From: Acidimicrobiia bacterium
Lineage (GTDB): Bacteria > Actinomycetota > Acidimicrobiia > Spongiisociales > UBA11373
Direction: 5' to 3'
Assembly (NCBI GenBank): GCA_033722675.1
Contig: JAWVYO010000002.1
Span: forward strand, 1-62,106
Length of the DNA stretch: 62,106 nucleotides
A model generated the notes under the pieces. That model saw nothing but the letters and a program-made list of their open reading frames with translations. It searched no databases and was not told the origin of the DNA. Each line of letters begins with the position of its first letter. Within the stretch, counting starts at the first letter, position 1. Position numbers and translations under genes: made by a program. This document shows positions 55,604-62,106 of this stretch, in pieces.

Positions 55604-55760
55604 CGTCGGTGATCGAAGGGGGAGGAGATCGGGACGGCGAGTCGTCGGGCAGGGCCGGATGACGAACAGGACCCTTCCGTGCTCCGCATCGCTCCCATCG
55701 CGCTCGCCGTCCCCGACGCGGACCTGATCGAGGCCTTCCGGATCCGGCTGTAGACGCGAC

Positions 55761-55785
55761 GACGCCCCGGCGGGACCGGGGCGTC
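55761..55785. terminator. Perfect 10-bp GC hairpin between convergent genes (bidirectional terminator candidate)
   Basis: GACGCCCCGG-CGGGA-CCGGGGCGUC lies 21 nt beyond the gap stop codon (55806) and downstream of the AHSA1-like gene. Confidence 0.55.
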
Positions 55786-55805
55786 GAAGCGGTTCTCAGC
55801 GGATC

Positions 55806-56822
55806 TCAGACCGGCGCGGCCTCGAACTCCATGAGCCGCTCGATGAGGTCGACCACGCGGTTCGAGTAGCCCCACTCGTTGTCGTACCACGACAGCACCT
55901 TCACCTTGTTCCCGCCGAGCACCTTCGTGGACTCGGCATCGAAGATGCTCGACGCCGGGTTCCCGATGATGTCGGTGGAGACGAGCGCGTCCTCGGAGTA
56001 CTGGAGGATGCCCGCGAGCGGGCCGTCGGCCGCCGCCTTCACGGCGGCGTTCACCTCCTCGACCGTCACGTCGCGCTGCAGCTCGACGACCAGGTCGACC
56101 GTGGAGCCGTCGGGCACGGGCACGCGCATCGCCATCCCGTCGAGCCGGCCGTCCAGCTTCGGCATCACCTTGCCGACGGCCTTCGCAGCACCCGTCGTGG
56201 TGGGGATGATGTTCTCGCTCGCCGCCCGGCTGCGGCGGAAGTCCGAGTGGGGCACGTCGGCGAGGCGCTGATCGTTCGTATAGGCGTGGACGGTGGTCAT
56301 GACGCCGCGTTCGATGCCGAACGCGTCGTCGAGGACCTTGGCCAGCGGCGCCAGGCAGTTCGTCGTGCAGGAGGCATTCGAGACGATGAGGTCGTCGGCC
56401 TCGAGGTCGTCGTCGTTCACGCCGAGGACGACGGTGGCGTCGAGCGCGTCCTTCGGGGGCACCGTGAGGATCACTTTCTTGGCGCCTGCTTCGATGTGCT
56501 TGGCCACCTGCTCGCGGGTCCGGAAGACGCCGGTCGACTCGATCACGACGTCGACGTCGAGCTCGTCCCAGGGCAGGTCTGCCGGGTCGCGGACGGTGAG
56601 CAGCTTGGCGCGGTTCTTGCCGGCGACGAGGTCGCCGTCCTCGACCTTCACCTCGCCCGGGAACTCGCCCATGACGGTGTCGTACTTGAGGAGATAGGCG
56701 GTCATCTCGTCGTCGGCGAGGTCGTTGATCGCCACGACCTCCATGTCGTTGTCGCGCTGGTTGATGACGCGGAAGACGGAGCGTCCGATGCGTCCGAATC
56801 CGTTGATGGCGACCCTGGTCAT
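55806..56822 (-). CDS. gap: Type I glyceraldehyde-3-phosphate dehydrogenase
   Basis: INGFGRIGR, SNASCTTNCLAP (catalytic Cys), TVHAYT, TTTGAAKAV, MRVPV and WYDNEWGYS. Confidence 0.95.
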   Translation of the reverse strand: MTRVAINGFGRIGRSVFRVINQRDNDMEVVAINDLADDEMTAYLLKYDTVMGEFPGEVKVEDGDLVAGKNRAKLLTVRDPADLPWDELDVDVVIESTGVFRTREQVAKHIEAGAKKVILTVPPKDALDATVVLGVNDDDLEADDLIVSNASCTTNCLAPLAKVLDDAFGIERGVMTTVHAYTNDQRLADVPHSDFRRSRAASENIIPTTTGAAKAVGKVMPKLDGRLDGMAMRVPVPDGSTVDLVVELQRDVTVEEVNAAVKAAADGPLAGILQYSEDALVSTDIIGNPASSIFDAESTKVLGGNKVKVLSWYDNEWGYSNRVVDLIERLMEFEAAPV

Positions 56823-57844
56823 ACGGTGACCTCCTCGGCGTCGTAGGCGGCGAACTTCTCCATGAGCTCGATGGCGCGGGCGGCGTACCCCCAGCCGTTG
56901 TCGAACCAGACGACGGCCTTCAGCATCGTCCCGTCCATCACGAGCGTGGCCAGCCCGTCGAAGATGGCCGAGTGGGTGTTACCGATGATGTCCGTCGAGA
57001 CGATGGGGTCGTCGGTGTACTCGACCACCGTGCTGTTCGACGCAGCCCATCGGACGGCGCCGTTGACGTCCGACTGGGTGACCTCGGTGTCGAGGATCGC
57101 CACGAGGTCGACGTTGGACCCGTCCGCGACCGGCACGTTGAGGGCGGATCCGCTGAGCTTGCCGGCCAGTGACGGCAGGACGTGCTCGATGATCTCCACC
57201 GAGTTCGTCGCCGTCGGGATGATGTTCTCCGCGGCGCTGCGGCTGTTGCGGAGGTCGTCACCCGGCACGTCGGCGAGCCGCTGCTCGTTCGTGAAGGCGT
57301 GGACCACCGTGTACATGACCGCGTCGATCCCGAAGCGGTCGTCGAGGATCTTGAGGATCGGTGCCAGCGCGTTCGACGTGTTCGACCCGAGGGCGATGAC
57401 CGAGTCGTGGGGATCGAGGGTGTGGTCGTTGACCCCCATCAGCAGCGTCGGGATCGTGTCGTCCTTCGGCGTGGACGCGAGGATCACCCGCCGGGCGCCC
57501 CGGTCGAGGTGGCCCTGGAGCTGATCCATCGTCCGGTGCTTGCGGGTGGCCTGGACGACGATGTCGACGCCCAGGCCGGCCCAGTCGACGTCGCCCGGGT
57601 CGGCGTGGTCGAGCATCGGGATGCGGCGGTCACCCACGACGAGGTGGCCGTTCTCGAGCTCGACCGGCTTCGGAAAGCGCCCGAACACGGTGTCGTACTT
57701 GAGGAGGTAGACGAGGGCGGCGGGGTCGGCGATGTCGACGATGGCCGCCACCTCGAGGTCGGGATGGTCCTCGAGCTGGCGGAACACATTGCGGCCGATC
57801 CGGCCGAACCCGAAGAGCCCCACGCGGGTGGGAGCGTGCGTCAT
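56819..57844 (-). CDS. GAPDH-like paralogue lacking the catalytic cysteine (probable pseudoenzyme)
   Basis: Full-length GAPDH fold (FGFGRIGR, VVHAFT, WFDNGWGYA). SNASCTTNC is replaced by ALGSNTSNA, TTTGAAKAV by TATNSVEII, and MRVP by LNVP. ATGA overlap with gap. Confidence 0.85.
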   Translation of the reverse strand: MTHAPTRVGLFGFGRIGRNVFRQLEDHPDLEVAAIVDIADPAALVYLLKYDTVFGRFPKPVELENGHLVVGDRRIPMLDHADPGDVDWAGLGVDIVVQATRKHRTMDQLQGHLDRGARRVILASTPKDDTIPTLLMGVNDHTLDPHDSVIALGSNTSNALAPILKILDDRFGIDAVMYTVVHAFTNEQRLADVPGDDLRNSRSAAENIIPTATNSVEIIEHVLPSLAGKLSGSALNVPVADGSNVDLVAILDTEVTQSDVNGAVRWAASNSTVVEYTDDPIVSTDIIGNTHSAIFDGLATLVMDGTMLKAVVWFDNGWGYAARAIELMEKFAAYDAEEVTV

Positions 57845-57976
57845 GGGTGGATGGTCCCCTTCGTTGGTGGTGCACCGTGCAGCCTATCGACTCCGTGGGC
57901 GCTGTTGGAACCGGTTCCGGTCCCGGCCGGCGGGGCCTGTCGGCGTGGCCGCCGACGCCTGATACCTTGCGGCTCC

Positions 57977-59119
57977 ATGACGTTCCCCGCCCCCGATCCG
58001 GAGTTCGCCGAGCGGTTGATCACCGGCCACGGCGACGTCGCCGGCCTCCTCGCCGAGGCGCGTCGGCTGCGCGACGAGGGACGGGGTCGCACGGTGACGT
58101 ACTCGCGCAAGGTCTTCGTCCCGCTCACGACGCTCTGTCGGGACACCTGCACGTACTGCACCTTCGCCAAGCCGCCGGGCGCCGGTGGCGAGTACCTCGA
58201 ACCCGAGGACGTCCGCTCGATCGTCGCGGCGGGCGACCGGCACCGCTGCACCGAGGCGCTGTTCACCCTCGGCGACCGTCCCGAGGCCCGCTGGCCCCAG
58301 GCACGGGCGTTCCTCGACGCCCACGGACACGCCTCCACGCTGGAGTACGTCGCGGCGATGTCGCAGCTCACCCTGGAGGAGACCGGCCTCTTCCCCCACG
58401 CCAACCCGGGACTCATGGACGACGCAGCGATGACGTTGCTCCGGCCCACGAACCCCTCGATGGGATTGATGCTCGAGAACGTCTCGCCCCGGCTCATGGA
58501 GCCGGGGATGCCGCATCACGGATGCCCCGACAAGGACCCGGTGCTGCGGATGGAGACGATCCGGGCGGCCGGGCGGGCCCGGGTGCCCTTCACCACCGGC
58601 ATCCTCGTGGGGATCGGAGAGACCCCTGCGGAGGTGATCGACAGCTTGTTCGCCCTCCGGGACGTGGCCACGGAGACGGGGGCGGTCCAGGAGGTCATCG
58701 TCCAGAACTTCCGGGCCAAGGCCGACACGCCCAAGCGCCGCGACGCCGAGCCGACCGTCCAGTACTTCGCCCGGATCGTCGCCGCGGCCCGGTGGATCCT
58801 CGGCCCCGAAACGAACCTCCAGGTGCCCCCGAACCTCACCGAGCGCTTCGAGGTCTACCTCGACGCAGGGATCAACGACTGGGGCGGTGTGTCGCCCCTG
58901 ACGATCGACTTCGTGAACCCCGAGGCCCCCTGGCCCCACCTCGACGAACTCCGGGCGCGTACCGAGGCCGCCGGCTTCCGCCTGCGGCCGCGGCTTCCGG
59001 TCTATCCGGAGTTCATCGCCGACGAGTGGATCGACGCCGGCCTGCTGCCCCGGTTGCGGGCCGCCGCCGACGCGGATGGATACGCTCTGGCTCCCCAACA
59101 GGAAGGCACCGCGGCGTGA
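57977..59119 (+). CDS. cofG: FO (7,8-didemethyl-8-hydroxy-5-deazariboflavin) synthase subunit CofG
   Basis: Radical-SAM CRDTCTYC cluster, with TVTYSRKVFVPLTTLC and VQEVIVQNF matching the CofG/FbiC N-half. ATG at 57977. Confidence 0.85.
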   Translation: MTFPAPDPEFAERLITGHGDVAGLLAEARRLRDEGRGRTVTYSRKVFVPLTTLCRDTCTYCTFAKPPGAGGEYLEPEDVRSIVAAGDRHRCTEALFTLGDRPEARWPQARAFLDAHGHASTLEYVAAMSQLTLEETGLFPHANPGLMDDAAMTLLRPTNPSMGLMLENVSPRLMEPGMPHHGCPDKDPVLRMETIRAAGRARVPFTTGILVGIGETPAEVIDSLFALRDVATETGAVQEVIVQNFRAKADTPKRRDAEPTVQYFARIVAAARWILGPETNLQVPPNLTERFEVYLDAGINDWGGVSPLTIDFVNPEAPWPHLDELRARTEAAGFRLRPRLPVYPEFIADEWIDAGLLPRLRAAADADGYALAPQQEGTAA

Positions 59120-60972
59120 TCACGTTCCTCCGACTCCGACCCGCCGACGCCGTCAGCGACGTGTGGGCGGGGACGCGTCGACGGGAGGGGACGACGACCA
59201 TCGAGGTCGACGCTCCCTCGACCGACGACGTCGCCGCCGCCCTCGAGGCCGGCCTCCTCGTCGTCGGTGGCCCCGGATCGGCGGGGGTGGCGGCGTGGGT
59301 GGTCCTCCCGGACGACGCGCGCTCGCTGTCGGACGAGGGTGTCGACGGTCGCCGCATCACCGTGGTCGACGACGGATCGGCGGAGGACCTCCTCGACGCC
59401 GCGGTCCGCAGCCGGGCCGCCTTCGTCCGGACCGGACGGAGCCGTGTGGCCGAGACCGTCGCCCTGCTGGACCTGCCCGGTGTCGAGGCATCGGTCTCGG
59501 TCTTCGTCGACTCGGTGGACGAGGCACTCGCCGCCGTCTCCGGCGGTGCGAGCGACCTCCTCCTACGCGACTGGGACACCGACTCGATCGGGCTCCTGCG
59601 CGACTCGCTCGGTGATCGGCTCCTCGTGGAGCGGACCGCCCTGCCGCCCGGATACCCGATCGACGAGGCGCGTCGCAGACTCTCGTCGACGGCGTTCTCC
59701 GCCTGGCTGGGACAGACCGACGGCTCGGGCGCGGCGCGGCCCAGGACCGAGTGGGCTCCGGGCAAGGAGATGCCGCCGCCGCTCCCGGACCGACGGCTGT
59801 CGGCCGAGTGGTCCGACGCCCGGTGGACCGACGGCGCGCCGGCCGGTGGCATGCACGGCGTCCGACCCGCGCTCGCGGCCATCCTCGAGCGATCGCTGGC
59901 CGGCCAGCGCCCCACCCGCGACGAGGTCGAGTCCCTGTTCACCGCCCGGGGGCACGAGGTCGAGGCGGTCGCGGCGGTCGCCGACCGGCTGCGTCGCGAC
60001 GCGGTGGGCGACACGGTCACCTACGTGGTGAACCGCAACATCAACTACACGAACCAGTGCTACTTCCGATGCGGGTTCTGTGCGTTCTCCAAGGGGCCCC
60101 GGTCGCTCAATCTGCGCGGGGATCCATATCTCCTCGAGGTCCACGAAGTGGCGTACCGGGCGAAGGAGGCGTGGGACCGGGGGGCCACCGAGGTGTGCCT
60201 CCAGGGCGGCATCCACCCCGAGTTCACCGGTGACTTCTACGTCGAGGTCCTCCAGGCGATCAAGCAGACCGTCCCCGGGATGCACGTCCACGGGTTCACG
60301 CCCCTCGAGGTGTGGCAGGGTGCGGAGACCCTCGGCACGACGGTCCCGGAGTTCCTCGCCACCCTCAAGGAGGCCGGGCTGGGCACGCTGCCGGGCACGG
60401 CGGCCGAGATCCTCGACGACGACGTGCGCGAGCACCTCTGTCCCGACAAGATCCGCACCGCCCAGTGGGCCCACGTCATGGTGACCGCCCACGGCATGGG
60501 TCTGCGGTCGACGGCGACGATGATGTTCGGCCACGTCGACGGCCCGCGTTCGTGGGCGAACCATCTCGAGGTCCTTCGCCGCATCCAGGAGCGGACGGGT
60601 GGGTTCACCGAGTTCGTCCCGCTGCCCTTCGTGCACATGGGCGCACCGATCTACCTGCGGGGCCGGGCCCGGCCCGGGCCGACGTGGGACGAGGTCGTGC
60701 TCGTCCACGCCGTGGCGCGCATCGCGTTCGACGGCCTGATCCCCAACATCCAGGCCTCCTGGGTGAAGCTGGGGCTCCCGGGCGGGCGGGCGCTCCTCGA
60801 TGCCGGATGCAACGACATGGGCGGGACCCTCATGGACGAGAACATCTCTCGGGCGGCCGGCGCCTCCCACGGCCAGCTGGCCACGGCCGAGGAGATCGAG
60901 GCGGTCGTGGAGGCCGCCGGGCGGGTGCCGCGCCGGCGAACCACCACCTACGAGGTGCTGGACCCGGCCTGA
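59116..60972 (+). CDS. cofH: FO synthase subunit CofH with ~250-aa N-terminal extension
   Basis: NINYTNQCYFRCGFC radical-SAM cluster at about residue 315, and TEVCLQGGIHPE. GTGA overlap with cofG. The extension keeps the same frame and has coding-like composition. Confidence 0.8.
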   Translation: MITFLRLRPADAVSDVWAGTRRREGTTTIEVDAPSTDDVAAALEAGLLVVGGPGSAGVAAWVVLPDDARSLSDEGVDGRRITVVDDGSAEDLLDAAVRSRAAFVRTGRSRVAETVALLDLPGVEASVSVFVDSVDEALAAVSGGASDLLLRDWDTDSIGLLRDSLGDRLLVERTALPPGYPIDEARRRLSSTAFSAWLGQTDGSGAARPRTEWAPGKEMPPPLPDRRLSAEWSDARWTDGAPAGGMHGVRPALAAILERSLAGQRPTRDEVESLFTARGHEVEAVAAVADRLRRDAVGDTVTYVVNRNINYTNQCYFRCGFCAFSKGPRSLNLRGDPYLLEVHEVAYRAKEAWDRGATEVCLQGGIHPEFTGDFYVEVLQAIKQTVPGMHVHGFTPLEVWQGAETLGTTVPEFLATLKEAGLGTLPGTAAEILDDDVREHLCPDKIRTAQWAHVMVTAHGMGLRSTATMMFGHVDGPRSWANHLEVLRRIQERTGGFTEFVPLPFVHMGAPIYLRGRARPGPTWDEVVLVHAVARIAFDGLIPNIQASWVKLGLPGGRALLDAGCNDMGGTLMDENISRAAGASHGQLATAEEIEAVVEAAGRVPRRRTTTYEVLDPA

Positions 60973-62105
60973 GGGGGCAGGACGGGGGGCGCCTGGCCGA
61001 GCTCGGTCACCCGGTGCCGCACCGTCACCGTGACCCGGTCGTCCGGGTCACCGGCGACCCCGGTGAGCGGCTCCAGCACCGAGGCGGGGCCGCCGACCAC
61101 CAGGTCGAGCTCGACGAGCCACGGACTGTCTTCGGCGAGCCAGACGTTGAACACCTCCACGTCGAGTCCCGCCGGGTCGACGTCGAGCACGGCCCCGAGG
61201 TCGTCGGCGTCGCCGCGGTGGCCCAGCACCCGCACCCCGTCCAGCACGTAGACGGCGGGTTCCGGTCCGACGGCGAGGTTGAGCCCGCTCACGCGCGCGT
61301 CGAGCGGCCAAGACGGGCATCGGGCGAGGAGGGCCCGCTGTGCCGTGGCCGGTCCTCCGACCCGGACGAGGTCGTCGCCCCGACGCTCCCACACGACGTC
61401 GCCGACGCGCCGCAGCTCCGTGACGGCGCCGTCGACGGTGATCGTGCAGGCGACGTCGTCGCCGTCGATCGTGCCCTCCGAACCGAAGGCGACCCGATCG
61501 TCGCCGACGACGATCCGTTCGGTGGCGAAGGCGTAGGCGGGGAGGGCCGGCGTCGCGGCCGGGGCCGGCGCGTCGACCAGGACGGCGGTGACGTGGTCGA
61601 CGACCTCCCGAGCGAGGTACTGCGCGGGGACCCGGGCGTCACCGGGGCGGTCCATGGATGCCCAGGCCACGATGCGGCCCAGCCGCACCGCCACCGTCGT
61701 CGTCGATCCCGAGGCGTCCTCGAGCACGAACCCGCTGGTCTCGTCGCCGACGGGATCGGTGGCGAACGTGGTGAGCGTCCCGTCGCCGCCGGAGCCTTCG
61801 ACCCGCTTGGCGAGATCCTCGATGCGGTCGGCGAGGAAGCGGGTGGCGCCCTCGGCGTCCGCCAGGACGTCGATGCGCACCGACGCGCCGTCGATCGCCC
61901 CCCAGGCGTCGGTGGCGATCCCGGTCCGCCGTCCGAAGCGCTCGTGATCGGCCGCCTCGTCGCCCGGGTCCGCCGCGGAGGCCGCGACGAGCATCTCGTT
62001 GGTCAGGAGCGCGGCAGAGGGATCGTCCACGAGTCGCTGCAGGAGGTCCTGGTCCAGGCTCCGGTGGCTGACGTCGGGCAACACCGGTGGCGGCGGCGCC
62101 GGCAC
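60948..62105 (-). CDS. Hypothetical protein, C-terminal part (5' end outside window)
   Basis: The ORF is open to the window edge with an Asp/Val/Ala-rich, non-shadow-like composition. It overlaps the cofH 3' end by 25 nt. No family recognised. Confidence 0.45.
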   Translation of the reverse strand: MPAPPPPVLPDVSHRSLDQDLLQRLVDDPSAALLTNEMLVAASAADPGDEAADHERFGRRTGIATDAWGAIDGASVRIDVLADAEGATRFLADRIEDLAKRVEGSGGDGTLTTFATDPVGDETSGFVLEDASGSTTTVAVRLGRIVAWASMDRPGDARVPAQYLAREVVDHVTAVLVDAPAPAATPALPAYAFATERIVVGDDRVAFGSEGTIDGDDVACTITVDGAVTELRRVGDVVWERRGDDLVRVGGPATAQRALLARCPSWPLDARVSGLNLAVGPEPAVYVLDGVRVLGHRGDADDLGAVLDVDPAGLDVEVFNVWLAEDSPWLVELDLVVGGPASVLEPLTGVAGDPDDRVTVTVRHRVTELGQAPPVLPPQAGSSTS

Positions 62106-62106
62106 G

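Noticed and set aside
55613-55753. Possible small ORF or gene remnant after the AHSA1-like gene: a strong GGGGGAGGAG tract at 55618-55627 and an in-frame GTG at 55679 giving VLRIAPIALAVPDADLIEAFRIRL (24 aa) with coding-like third positions.
   Set aside because: No canonical start lies at a proper distance from the SD-like tract. The GTG-initiated peptide is very short and unrecognisable. It may be a C-terminal relic of a lost gene, but this cannot be supported from sequence alone.
57907-57960. Palindrome GGAACCGGTTCC (57907-57918) and a perfect 7-bp hairpin GTCGGCG-TGGC-CGCCGAC (about 57938-57955) upstream of cofG, considered as a riboswitch or operator.
   Set aside because: They are short elements in a 132-nt divergent promoter region. 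There is nothing resembling a known aptamer. They are plausible operator sites, but I have no supporting repeat or conservation evidence.
59080-59120. cofG/cofH junction interpreted as a pseudogenising frameshift of fbiC.
   Set aside because: I did not call a pseudogene. The junction is a tidy GTGA stop/start overlap like about 15 others in this window, and both halves are intact. A 1-nt sequencing error cannot be excluded, and this is listed as the refutation test in the corresponding finding.

Overview
This is a high-GC, gene-dense chromosomal segment; by eye about two thirds to 70% G+C, not computed. Gene order matches Actinomycetota core synteny: yloV-recG-rsmD-coaD-yceD-rpmF-plsX-rnc-fpg-acyP-smc-ftsY, then ffh and rpsP-KH-rimM, as in mycobacteria. 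I cannot name the organism. About 60 protein genes are supportable, and many are linked by 4-nt ATGA/GTGA stop/start overlaps. They cover four groups. DNA repair: sbcC 3' part, an AdnA/AdnB-like helicase-nuclease pair, a RecB-family nuclease, recG, fpg and an ATL protein. Translation and ribosome: ychF, dtd, ybaK-like, rpmB, rpmF, rpsP, rimM, ffh, ftsY. Metabolism: mcr-like CoA-transferase, gdh, fadD-like, inhA/fabI, ddl, etfAB, the upp-atl-deoA-punA salvage operon, cdd, gap, and cofG/cofH for F420 (FO) synthesis. Envelope and transport: lgt, MFS, EamA, CPA2 antiporter, CapA-like protein and lipoproteins. I found no rRNA, tRNA, CRISPR array or mobile element. The most unusual locus is a 1.06-kb ORF-free island at 16166-17227. 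It holds two homologous units, each with a phased upstream motif pair, a promoter, a tetraloop-rich structured RNA and a terminator. A pair of ~97-nt direct repeats separates the units. I could not assign this island to any RNA family I know. Other notable items are a catalytically dead GAPDH paralogue translationally coupled to the real gap gene, a split FO synthase whose CofH carries an extra ~250-aa N-terminal region, an ATL gene embedded in the nucleoside-salvage operon, and two conserved genes (rimM, lgt) whose conserved N-termini lie upstream of any canonical start codon. All calls rest on reading the translations and sequence by eye; no database search was run.
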